DNA of 10,625 nucleotides from Oopsacas minuta (lineage: Eukaryota > Animalia > Porifera): positions 95,362 to 105,986 of the forward strand of contig JAKMXF010000331.1 of the NCBI GenBank assembly GCA_024704765.1, in the 5' to 3' direction. The translations under genes and the position numbers were made by a program. This document shows positions 1 to 9,228 of the stretch, piece after piece (positions within the stretch are counted from its first letter, which is position 1; each line of letters starts with the position of its first letter). The notes under the pieces are model-generated. The model had not been told where the DNA came from. It searched no databases and worked only from the letters and a program-made list of their open reading frames with translations.

Positions 1-97
1 CGAGGAAAGCGAAAGGAATTCAGATATTATCGTAGAAGTTGTGTGGAATAACTAAAACTCTAATGAATAAAATTTCGTAAATCACTTTCTATAGCCA

Positions 98-166
98 TTC
101 CGCGGCCCCTTTGCAACCTCCTCGCGGCCCCCTGGAGGGCCGCGGACCCCAGTTTGAGTACCACTG
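98..166. mobile_element. Terminus of a hAT (Charlie-like) non-autonomous element; the other end lies outside the window
   Basis: Reverse complement of 137-166 reads CAGTGGTACTCAAACTGGGGTCCGCGGCCC, resembling the CAGTGGTTCTCAAAC-type hAT terminus. Subterminal CGCGGCCC repeats occur near 100-107, 123-130 and, inverted, 138-145. No partner TIR in the window, so the TSD cannot be tested. Confidence 0.65.
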
Positions 167-410
167 AATTAGAGTACAATATAGTTATCTTTCTAGTACT
201 ATAGCCTATTATTAATTAGAAAAATTATTATGAATCAAGGTAATGAACCAATTTTCTAGATGATAACTCACAAAATCATAAGACAATGACAAAAAACCGC
301 CCACCGGCATGCATGTTCAGGTGGATCAAATGTGGAGCTAAAACAGGTTGTTCATTAACAGGCCTTATACTTATTGATATTGCAAATAGAAAAACTCAAA
401 ACCTGTCTAC

Positions 411-858
411 TAGGGCTGCCAAGTGAAATCAGAAAAATTTACGGAGATTGACCGAAAAATTTGCGTAGAAACCAAATTTTTACGAGCATTTTAAAATCAC
501 TTAATGACTCCCAACAGGCCTTAATTTGCTTTTACTAATGCCATTAGCTAACAACTTTTTATTAATAATCATTAATAAATGAAGATATATGGACGCTTTC
601 GCGTAGGTAAACAATAATCTATAATCGCTATCAGCATGCAACCAACTATCAAAGTACTAATTCATACTGTTGTACATACTTTGAGCAAATAACTCGTACA
701 TTTACGAGGTAGGTACAAAGGTTGAGGAATTTCGAATATTGACTTACATTGTCAACAATAAGTATTACAAGTACATGGAATTCGCTAGAAATAGGAAGAA
801 ATAAGTCTTCGTAAGTAGATATGTAGATAGCAGTCAAATTTGCGATTTGACAGCACTG
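411..858. mobile_element. Non-autonomous hAT-type element (448 bp) with 8-bp TSD
   Basis: CTGTCTAC is exactly duplicated at 403-410 and 859-866. Left end TAGGGCTGCCAAGT versus reverse-complemented right end CAGTGCTGTCAAAT (10/14 identical). No recognisable coding content. Confidence 0.8.
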
Positions 859-926
859 CTGTCTACATGGTACTGTGCATAGCTAATCACCAAAAACAGA
901 TCCCCACACATCTATAGGCTTATAAA

Positions 927-960
927 CAGGGGCGTCAGGTTGACCAAAATAGTGGGGGGC
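927..960. mobile_element. Orphan MITE-like terminus (CAGGGGCGTC...GGGGGGC)
   Basis: GC-rich start CAGGGGCGTCAGGTTGACCAAAATAGTGGGGGGC resembles hAT-type MITE ends. No partner end with a matching TSD was found. Confidence 0.3.
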
Positions 961-1346
961 TCCGTTGGACTCACTACTCATTTTACGTTTAACTGCACAA
1001 ATTATAATGAGTAGTAAAATGATTTTATATTGAATATAATGACTTTGTCAACAAAAATGACTTGTATAATGGAGAAATTCAGAATATAACATATTCAGTC
1101 AATCCTTTATTGTATTTCTGAATTGATTAATTAAAGAATCTATAATTGGGTTAATTCATAATTAAACAAGAAGAGGGTCTTGACTCTATGATGTGAATAA
1201 TATAAACATTATTATATCATATCATATCAATAACTAGTTGCTGATATTACATTCATTCCAATTACATAAAAATAGAAATTTTTTAATCGGTTAGAAGTAT
1301 TAAGTATTATAATCATGTACCACATATGTATTTACAGCACATTAAG

Positions 1347-1541
1347 CAATGGCGTATCAAGGGGGGTAGGGGGGCGGTTCGCGCCGGGTGCCAACCTTGA
1401 ACGAGAGAGATACATTATATTATATATTTTTGAGATCCAAGGTGTAGTTACTGCGTTCCAATATATACCCGCTAAACTACAATACATTATCCAGCAAAAT
1501 ACATTCATCATCCCTACATTATATAAACCGAGACGCCAGTG
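1347..1541. mobile_element. Old hAT-like MITE (~195 bp)
   Basis: Left end CAATGGCGTATC is followed by a G-rich tract (GGGGGGTAGGGGGGCGGTTCGCGCCGGGTGCC). Right end reverse complement is CACTGGCGTCTC. Flanks ACATTAAG and ATAATAAT match only 5/8, so the TSD is decayed or the pairing is wrong. Confidence 0.45.
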
Positions 1542-2399
1542 ATAATAATAAATTAAAATTCCCCATAGGTTTAACTTCGAGGCACCTAGTGCCGAGATAT
1601 CCCTTCGGGTAGCAACCAGAACATCTAGAAATTTAGCTGTCAAAACACCTAAGCCAGTCTGAGGCACTGAGCTGTCATACAGCGACCTAGCAAGTGAATC
1701 GCTCTAGTGGAGAGATTTCTTACGTATTAATTGTATAGATAATATATATTATCATGGACAATAATAATTTTCGTAATAATACATAAATAATATATGAATA
1801 GTCAATTAATCTTCCAACAACAATTAGCCGAAAATAATAATATCTAGACGCACGCAACTTGAATTTGAGCACTACACAAGTGAAGTTAATACACGTAAAG
1901 GATGTTTCACCAATTGATTCGCAATACGAAATTGCTTGAATTCAACAAGTGACCAAGATAAAATTGACCTATATGATATTGAGGCGACATTGAAACGAAT
2001 TTAGCTGAATTGAGATACGCTGGATAAAATACCAATATTTGAAAATAATCTTCATGACCCTGTGATCAAATTTTCGGCGGCCTCTAGATAACGGGCTCAT
2101 TTTTGCTCCCAATTGCATTATAAATAGTGAATGTCGGGAAATTCGCTGATGTATCGCCATATGTTAACATCTTTTAGTAGGTTTTAATGAAGTGCGCGAT
2201 GAAAAGGACATGCTAATTGTATAAACTTTATTAGAATAAAGAAAATTACCAACTTCTATAAAAACAGTACATAATATGCGGATGTCTTGATTATTAATAA
2301 ATCAATGTACGTATATCTGAAGGATTATATTTACGAATATACGTACTAGAGTAATCAATAATGGGAGACTAAAAATACCATCAAAATATTACGTTTCAC

Positions 2400-2595
2400 C
2401 CCCGATGCGAGGCCACTGGAGCGGCAAAATTGTAACAGGCACTTACCTGACAAAATAGCACTCGGTCTCTATACCAGGTATTACCCGGGCTTTATACTGG
2501 GTAGTACCCGGGAGCCCTGGTAGCACTTGGAAGACCGTTATTCCCTCTGGGACGCCGCTAATTGCCGAGTGCCCGGGTGGGTTACGACGCCTATA
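2400..2595. repeat. GC-rich repeat/palindrome cluster, probably a DNA-transposon end
   Basis: GGTA(T/G)TACCCGGG direct repeat at 2477-2489 and 2500-2512. GCACTCGG/CCGAGTGC inverted pair at 2458-2465 and 2565-2572. Three CCCGGG palindromes. Ends in GGTTACGACGCCTATA (rc TATAGGCGTCGTAACC), which looks like a MITE terminus. Confidence 0.4.
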
Positions 2596-2855
2596 ATCTC
2601 CCTCTTTGGAAACGTTTCGTAAATTTGCTGGTATTTGATTAAAATTGTCATGAATTCAAATAGCTGATAAAATATGTTACGCATCGGACCAAGTTATGAG
2701 ATTCAGATTCTCTCATCATCTTAACCTTTAACTTATGTAAATACGCTGTTCAAAAACTCGGGAAATGCGTTAAAATAAGCTAGTTTAACACAATAGTGGG
2801 AGACATTACTCCGCAAGTGTGAAGCGTAGTACGAATTGACATAAAATGGTACGAG

Positions 2856-3066
2856 CATACTTCCCAACAATTTCTAACTATTTCCCTGGTAGGTATGTCG
2901 AATTTCCCGAATAGTCAAAGTTTCCATGCATTTCTAAATATATACAAACAAATAATATGAATTTTTCACAATTTTGTTCTAAAAATTCTAGAAATAGCCA
3001 CTGTTACCCTAAATATCAATTTAAATCCCGTGATAATCCAGGGATCCCGGAAGGTTGGCAAGTATG
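2856..3066. mobile_element. MITE (211 bp) with 13-bp TIRs and 6-bp TSD
   Basis: TIRs CATACTTCCCAAC (2856-2868) and GTTGGCAAGTATG (3054-3066) match 12/13. TACGAG is exactly duplicated at 2850-2855 and 3067-3072. Confidence 0.9.
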
Positions 3067-3345
3067 TACGAGTTGTTCTCATAACCGACATACATCACAA
3101 AGAATTTGAGAACAGTATATATAGGGTGGTTCTTATACTCGTGATGTGAATATAACCAGTGTTGTCATAAACGATATCCATCTTCTCAATTCCGACTATA
3201 GAAATTTATTGGTAAAAGTATGTCAATTATTCGGTATAAAGTACGTTCTTGGAATTCTGCTTTTAGGTATAGTGTGAATCTGATCCCAAATTGGGGGATA
3301 TAACCACCATTCCACCGGGATTTACGACCATGTATTTGCATCACA

Positions 3346-3570
3346 ACCTCTATATAGGGCCACTTTATCTAAAGTACATTCTACTTAAAGGTCACCTCCC
3401 ATTAAGCCTACCTTTGAAAGTTCCTTGGGTGGTGCTCATGATATATTATTGCCCTGTATTTTCTTATATATCAGTAACGTGTATTAAAGGCTACCTTCTC
3501 TATACAGTGACCATAAAGCTCAAAGAATAACCACACCTGTCTATTAAGGCTAACCTCTCTATAGCGACCA
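3346..3570. repeat. Degenerate array of ACCT(C/G)TCTAT..AAGGC(C/T)AC motifs; remnant of a probable Tc1/pogo-type MITE
   Basis: Related units at 3346-3363, 3387-3412, 3483-3513 and 3535-3570 (e.g. ACCTGTCTATTAAGGCTAACCTCTCTATAGCGACCA). No intact TIR pair found. Confidence 0.5.
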
Positions 3571-4601
3571 TATGAATGTAACGATATTTTGGGCCAGACC
3601 CTTCGGTAGCCGGATTAGGCAAGTTTAAATACACTGCTTCTCCAAAAGAAACGAAACAGTGTAAAATTGTGGCACAAGTGACAGAAGTACTTTTCCGAAA
3701 TTCTTGCCTTAGGCCCCTACACCCCCTCGATGAGCCTTAATGAACCCAAAAAAGGACTAACTTAGAATTGATCCAAACCTATTTAGGAAATTTAGGACTA
3801 GATATAGATTTCAAAAGATGATTCCAGCTCCAGAAGTTTGAGAACAATTACAGTACAAAATTTGTAAATATGCCATGATCATATCCTAACAAGACTAGGA
3901 CCAGTTATGGAACATGGATCATTTAAAGCGCTAAAAACCCCTTGAGGCGAAGTTACGAAATGTGCAAAAAATGTTCATATGTGAATAAGCCTACAAATGT
4001 ATTATAATACTTGTTTTCATCTCAAGAGGGTCGAGCATTTCAATTGGTCAGGGTGACTTTACAAAAAAATGGAGATACCAAAGTGGGCCCGTGAACTAGC
4101 ACGATTCCTATTAGTAGTCCAAATAGTGGCCAAGTTGAAACCTGACCAAACGGAGCGTGTCCTGAGGCCATGTAAATAATACTTATAATAGTAGTTAAAT
4201 CAATATTCAGGGGAAGGAATTAATCACTATGGCTAATTATTACGCAAGTGTAAACATTAGATCAACTTAAACATGCATGCGGGCGGGCGGTTCATTACAC
4301 TGATATACAACGTTTTTGATGATCTTCTTTCTCTATCATTTTTGCATAGTGTAGATATATGTTGGGAATTATTATCTGTTTTTCATTTTCAAGGGTACTA
4401 AAAGTAAGAACTCTCTATTTTAGCTATGTCGATCTTTTAATTGACTACATGGTCAAAAATATTTCTAAATTCAATTCTACACATCACCCTTATCCAATTT
4501 ATTTGGTTTCATTGCTTACATGATCTAAATTGCCTCTAATAGTAGTTATAATCTGTTTTATCCCACTCGACATTTAGTTTATTTTGTTCATTTTATTGTT
4601 C

Positions 4602-5178
4602 ATGGATTCTGGTTTGTAAAAATTCTCCTGAAAAGTTTTGTTATATTTGTGGGAGGTATACTACAACTGACCAACGGCAAAATATCACAAAGGCTGTAGA
4701 ACGCTGTTATTTCGCTTATTTTAGATGCCATCTTGGGGATCAAGATAAGCCGTGGGCTCCCACAATGCCTGAAAGACGCATGTGGTATGCTGGGAAGAGA
4801 AACATATTCCCGTTTGCAGTTCCAATGATATGGAGAGAACGAATGTTTCTTCTTTCGGAATGTTATTTCTGTAGGACAAAAATTGATGATATCACAAAAA
4901 AGAATAAATCCAGTATTGCGTATCCAGACGTACCGTCCGCCATTAGGCCAGTTCCATATTCAGAGGACCTACCTGTACCAGTTCCATTGGAAATATTGGA
5001 CATTTGCAGTGACAATGATAGTAGTGGAGATACTATCATTGTCGCTGCTCTCTGTTTGTCAGTTGCTAAGGAAGCTGAAATGGAATGTGGAATTCGTATT
5101 TGCAAAAATGTTTGTATCTATATATCTATGGTGTTAATCAGGAAAATAAACAAATTTCATAATTTGACTAAAGGTTAG
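4602..5178 (+). pseudogene. Truncated Chapaev3 transposase: N-terminal zinc-finger region, catalytic core deleted
   Basis: The frame of ORF 4765-5178 is open back to 4615: CKNSPEKFCYICGRYT...YFAYFRCHLGDQDKPWAP...PFAVPMIWRE...ECYFC...IAYPDVPSAIRPVPYSEDLPVP. This matches the CYICG, GDQDKxWAP, VPMIWRE, CYFC and YPxxPSAIRPVP motifs I recognise from Chapaev3 proteins. ATG at 4602 is out of frame by 1 nt, and the H..CxxC expected after WAP is missing. Confidence 0.82.
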
Positions 5179-5339
5179 CGAATATGGTAAATCCGAATCA
5201 CACTTATTGATTTGTCATATACAAATTAAAGCTGTTTATATGAATATAAAGTAAACAAAAGTAAACAAATTTCAATATTATCCTAGAAACGTGGTTTCAA
5301 CGGTTATTGTAGGGTAATCGGGTACTCTGATTCCGAATA

Positions 5340-5438
5340 TCACACAAACGAATAGTCCTAAGCTAAGCGAGGGCCAAAGGCCGAGTGCGGACACGAAGTG
5401 TTAGAATCCGCGTAGCGCAAGGAAGCATAGCGCACTAG
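5340..5438 (+). mobile_element. ~99-bp non-autonomous Helitron-like insert nested in the Chapaev3 element
   Basis: A|TC start (5339/5340) and CTAG|T end (5435-5439) with no TSD. GC-rich island in AT-rich context, with mini-hairpins GGCC-AAA-GGCC (5372-5382), ACAC-GAA-GTGT (5391-5401) and CGC-GTA-GCG (5409-5417). The 5' boundary is less certain than the 3'. Confidence 0.6.
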
Positions 5439-5985
5439 TGATAGTTAATATTAGGATGATTTAGTGGGTAATAAACATAAATGTATGTTCAATTTTATAT
5501 ATTAAGTCGCATATTGGTGCAATCTTCCAACCAGAAAATTACAAATTCTAGACCTGTTGTGAATACTTCCTTAACCCATTTAAAAAGAATCCCCCTTCAA
5601 ATTCTTCAATTTCAGCTATTTTTATTTAATCATCAAAAACACTTTTTACAATTTTGTATATCAGTGTTATCATTATCTCATTATTCGTGAGGTATCAGCT
5701 GGAAAATTGATTCATTGACTTTATTCATGAAAATATGATAAATTAGAAAAATTCAAAAGAATATGAGAATAGGCTAGACAATGAAAAAGATACTTCTATA
5801 GCACTGTTATGTAGGATTTTGACCCGCAAGTAGCAATTCCAAATTAATTAATATCAAGATTTCATCCCTAGTCATATAGTATTCGTATTTATACATGTGT
5901 GACTTCCTAAATGCACACACTAACATTTTACTTTGTTTCTAGATTTCAACATCAACACTTATATTTACTTTTGCCATTTTTCATT

Positions 5986-6129
5986 ATGGATGCGACAGAG
6001 TATGAAGGAATTCGTGGATACCTTCAGGCGAATATTATCCCACCAGAAATCAAGAGTGATCGCTACAGAAAGAAGAATTTTGCCAGAAAGTGCAAGGGGA
6101 TTTACTTTCAAGAGAATGAGCTAATGAAG
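5986..6129 (+). pseudogene. Integrase gene coding exon 1 (YPYY-like N-terminal region)
   Basis: MDATEYEGIRGYLQANIIPPEIKSDRYRKKNFARKCKGIYFQENELMK, then donor AAG|GTATAT at 6130, phase 0. Pattern Y..I..YL....P......K.NF.RK...F....L resembles GIN/Ginger1 N-termini. Confidence 0.7.
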
Positions 6130-6346
6130 GTATATTCCTGAACTGATATTTTTGATTTATACTTATTTCCGGGACATAATTAGAAATCTTGAAGCAACTA
6201 CATATCTCCGAGGAAGCAAATATGTAGTTACCTCATTATATTTGCGTACCATAGGTAGATAAGAAGGGCGAAAACGCTAGGGGGCTCCTCTGCCCCTCAA
6301 TACTAGCTACAACCTCTGAGTTTGACTACAATAGTTTTTCTTGTAG

Positions 6347-6520
6347 ATTTTCAGAAAGATGAATGGCTGCGTGAAATACTTGGAGATTCCACTGGTCTCA
6401 GAAATTGACAACATTATCGGATTGTATTACAATGTCACTCATCCTGGAACCAACACAACCATGAATGGAATCCGAAACAAATATGGTTGGAATAGCATAT
6501 ACAATGATGTTGGGTACTAC
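6347..6520 (+). pseudogene. Integrase gene exon 2 (His half of the HHCC zinc finger)
   Basis: Acceptor TTTTTCTTGTAG (AG 6345-6346) and donor GTGAGT at 6521; 58 open codons, phase 0/0: IFRKMNG...LYYNVTHPGTNTTMNGIRNKYGWNSIYNDVGYY. The first His appears mutated to Tyr. Confidence 0.85.
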
Positions 6521-6583
6521 GTGAGTTACTAAATTACTTATTTCTTTCATGTATGATTTTCCAAGAAAATGTGGCCAAGAACA

Positions 6584-6689
6584 CAGACTTACCAACCCCA
6601 GTGATCCCTGGATACTCCGGATTTCACTTCAAATTCAGGGGAAAATATTGAAAATCCAGGGAAATTTGCAAAATGAGCTAGTAAGTCTG
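6584..6689. mobile_element. MITE (106 bp) with 13-bp TIRs and 6-bp TSD, in intron 2 of the integrase gene
   Basis: Left CAGACTTACCAAC versus right reverse complement CAGACTTACTAGC (11/13). AGAACA is duplicated at 6578-6583 and 6690-6695. Shares subterminal GATCCCTGGAT with the reverse complement of the right end of the 2856-3066 MITE. Confidence 0.85.
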
Positions 6690-6928
6690 AGAACAGCATG
6701 TATTTTATAGTTTGAGGTTATTCATCTTGACTATTCTACTGTATACAGGTTTATTTGTGCGAGTGTAAAATTAAAATTGTGCGATCTGATGATATTTAGT
6801 ATACCGGTATACAATTTTATCAGATGGAAATCTATTTGTGCGGTGCAACCAACCAACCATGTATCTAACAACTAATAATCCTTGCGGTAGTTAGTAATTG
6901 GGATAGGTAGTGGGAGTATTTCCATAAA

Positions 6929-6986
6929 CATATTTGCCAACTTGAGTGAAGAAAAAGCGGGACAGAATGCTAATTTAGTGGGACAT
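6929..6986. mobile_element. Orphan terminus of the same MITE lineage
   Basis: CATATTTGCCAAC (6929-6941; 12/13 to CATACTTGCCAAC), followed by GCGGGACA and GTGGGACA subterminal motifs. No partner end found. Confidence 0.5.
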
Positions 6987-7051
6987 CTGGAACGTAGCAA
7001 ATTACATTAGACTGGACTACAAACTAACAATTAAATCATTTCCCGTTCTAG

Positions 7052-7363
7052 ATCGGAATTTGCCATGACTGTCAAACCTCTGCTGCACTACCTCCTCAGG
7101 CACAACGAGAGCTTCAACCTATTCATCCTCCTGAAGAACCATGATGTCATTGTGGAATTGATCTCATATGCAATATGTCTCTCACTGTACTTGGATTTAA
7201 GCACATTCTTGTAATCGTGTGCTACCTGAGTAAATTTGTAATTGCCAGAACACTCAAGACTAAAACATCTAAAGAAATATTGGATTGTTTACAGGAAATT
7301 TATCTCTCATTCGGCTTACCTAACATCTTCCAACATGATCAGGGAACAGAATTCTCAAGCAAG
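7052..7363 (+). pseudogene. Integrase gene exon 3 (CxxC plus first two catalytic Asp of the rve core)
   Basis: Acceptor TTCTAG (AG 7050-7051) and donor AAG|GTAACT at 7364; 104 codons: IGICHDCQ...LQPIHPPEEP*CHCGIDL...KHILVIVCYLSKFVIARTLKTKTS...FGLPNIFQHDQGTEFSSK. TGA at 7142-7144 replaces the conserved Trp. Asp codons at 7160 and 7337. Confidence 0.92.
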
Positions 7364-7738
7364 GTAACTCATATTTTTTACATACTCGAGATTAGTAATT
7401 GTAAATGCACCAAGTAAATTATTCCCGATGCACAATGCAACTTACCATATTGGAAATACGTACGTAACATGTTGCATTGTCAATTGTCAGCGCATTGCTT
7501 CAATATATACCTTGGTAGGAAATTGTGCGTTCTGATGGCCATATTTAAGAAACCGTGTGGAAAATTGGATTTTAATTTATGTTAAATACTAATAAATAAG
7601 AATATACGAATTGATCCAACTACCTTCGGATGGAAAATTCACCTTATTAATCGTTTTATTTTTCTAACTATTCTTGTACAAGACTAAATACATGCACGTA
7701 GTTGATTGTTATCGTTCTCTTATTTACTTTCAAAATAA

Positions 7739-7844
7739 GAATTTCAAGAATTTCACAAGAAGATACATGTCAACACCAGAAGAACCACAGCATACCACCC
7801 ACAAAGTAACGACTTGCTGAGCCACACAACAAAATATTGAAAAC
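7739..7844 (+). pseudogene. Integrase gene exon 4 (YHPQ motif and catalytic Glu)
   Basis: FQEFHKKIHVNTRRTTAYHPQSNDL, then a 1-nt deletion at ~7817, then E-P-H-N-K-I-L-K (GAG 7819-7821); donor GTGAGT at 7845, phase 2. The acceptor is degraded (TAA at 7736-7738, or AG at 7738-7739 with one base lost). Confidence 0.85.
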
Positions 7845-7868
7845 GTGAGTACTGATGCTAAATATAAA

Positions 7869-7880
7869 TATATATATATA
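7869..7880. repeat. (TA)6 microsatellite in intron 4
   Basis: TATATATATATA read directly. Confidence 0.7.
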
Positions 7881-7927
7881 TTATAAGCCTAACATACGTT
7901 TAATACACGTCGTTTATAATTAGATAG

Positions 7928-8273
7928 CTTTGAATCAATTCTACACTTTTTACAAATAAAAAATCAAAAAATGCAATCTGATAGGAACACTGAATGGACA
8001 GAGAAATTACAGACTGCAGTACTAGCAGCAAATACTCAAACCAAAATCTCTACAAGCTACACACCAATTTTTCTCATGTTTGGGAGAGACTTTGATTCGT
8101 CTAACCTCCTCAATCTTATCACTTCTCCACATAACCCCAGATTACTAAACGAAACTGATACCTCAAATGCAAAGTATTAGAAGTGAGAATATTCAAATGG
8201 ATAAAGCGAACCACGTCCATTTGACTTTCCTATAATTGATAACGAATGGATAGAAATCTTTCTTCAAAACGCA
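7928..8273 (+). pseudogene. Integrase gene exon 5, 5' part (up to the mariner insertion)
   Basis: ORF 7971-8180 MQSDRNTEWTEKLQTAVLAANTQTKISTSYTPIFLMFGRD is a typical post-DDE integrase segment. It continues through a frameshifted linker to ...FDFPIIDNEWIE. The acceptor is ambiguous; AG at 7926-7927 is phase-compatible but gives a longer segment than I would expect. Confidence 0.75.
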
Positions 8274-8462
8274 TCAGGGCGCTCAATGAGTCTTGCGGGT
8301 CATGATATATCTCAGGAATTAGTCAAGTAATATATCTAACTTTCATATATTACAAGCCCATATAGTTGAACTCCATATACTGAAAGTTTCAAGCTTATTC
8401 AATACAAATTATGAATTTTTGAGATAGTTACGTGTAGTCAATTTATACTCACTGTTGAGTTT

Positions 8463-8800
8463 ATGGCTTCAAAGGATGATAATTTCAACCTCAAATGGCG
8501 AGCTTACATAGAGTTTCGCACAATACTCAAGATCCAGCCGGTACAGATCTTCAGCAAGTTACAGGAGATATTGTACGTGGATTGCCCTTCCAGATCTACT
8601 GTAGAGCGATGGGCTGCCCGTTTAAGATCTGGTGATGCTGTTGTCACAGATTTGCCTCGATCTGGAAGACCGGTATCCGCCACAACCTCAGAGAATATCA
8701 CAACTCATTGAAAGTATGGTCATGGAAGACAAGTGCATTACTGTCAATCAGTTAGAACAAGTATGGAGATTTCATCGGGAGCTATTCATACAATTCTGAC
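8463..8800 (+). pseudogene. mariner transposase N-terminal HTH region, frameshifted
   Basis: MASKDDNF...SRSTVERWAARLRSGD...DLPRSGRP...ENI, a shift at 8700, QLIESMVMEDKCITVNQLEQ (8701-8760), a shift at 8761-8762, then MEISSGAIHTIL running into the gap. Confidence 0.9.
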
Positions 8801-9227
8801 NNNNNNNNNNNNNNNNNNNNNNNNNNNNNNNNNNNNNNNNNNNNNNNNNNNNNNNNNNNNNNNNNNNNNNNNNNNNNNNNNNNNNNNNNNNNNNNNNNNN
8901 NNNNNNNNNNNNNNNNNNNNNNNNNNNNNNNNNNNNNNNNNNNNNNNNNNNNNNNNNNNNNNNNNNNNNNNNNNNNNNNNNNNNNNNNNNNNNNNNNNNN
9001 NNNNNNNNNNNNNNNNNNNNNNNNNNNNNNNNNNNNNNNNNNNNNNNNNNNNNNNNNNNNNNNNNNNNNNNNNNNNNNNNNNNNNNNNNNNNNNNNNNNN
9101 NNNNNNNNNNNNNNNNNNNNNNNNNNNNNNNNNNNNNNNNNNNNNNNNNNNNNNNNNNNNNNNNNNNNNNNNNNNNNNNNNNNNNNNNNNNNNNNNNNNN
9201 NNNNNNNNNNNNNNNNNNNNNNNNNNN
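8801..9227. other. Assembly gap (427 N)
   Basis: Run of N characters; ORFs crossing it are artefacts. Confidence 1.
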
Positions 9228-9228
9228 G

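Larger units (their letters stand above)
4298..5666 (+). mobile_element. Internally deleted Chapaev3 (CMC superfamily) DNA transposon, 1369 bp
   Basis: Perfect 13-bp TIRs CACTGATATACAA (4298-4310) and TTGTATATCAGTG (5654-5666). TTA TSD at 4295-4297 and 5667-5669. CAC...GTG termini with a 3-bp TWA TSD are recalled as Chapaev3 hallmarks. Contains a matching transposase fragment. Confidence 0.88.

Noticed and set aside
973-1015. 10-bp inverted repeat ACTACTCATT/AATGAGTAGT
   Set aside because: Short and AT-rich with no TSD or associated feature; plausible by chance or internal to a decayed MITE.
649-1667. Short ORFs 649-837, 1315-1542 and 1332-1667
   Set aside because: Lie within or across non-autonomous elements; no recognisable domains.
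1790-2160. Possible decayed coding sequence (e.g. DLYDIEATLKRI*LN*DTLDKIPIFENNLHDPVIKF on +) and ORF 1969-2160
   Set aside because: Multiple stops, no motif I recognise and no convincing splice structure; cannot be supported without a search.
3291-3530. 79-aa ORF
   Set aside because: TTG start and overlaps the degenerate motif array; no domain similarity.
3630-3663. TACACTG...CAGTGTA, a possible Tc1-like terminus or tiny hairpin
   Set aside because: Only 7 bp of inverted match and no distant partner TIR found.
4044-4172. TTGGTCAGG/CCTGACCAA inverted pair suggesting a MITE ending at GGCCATG
   Set aside because: The outer ends do not match and no TSD was found.
5248-5267. Tandem AAAGTAAACA duplication
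   Set aside because: Simple slippage duplication in AT-rich sequence; no evidence of function.
6267-6306. Helitron-like 3' end (GCG-AAAA-CGC, GGGGC...GCCCC hairpin, then CTAG)
   Set aside because: CTAG is followed by C rather than T and no 5' end could be defined.
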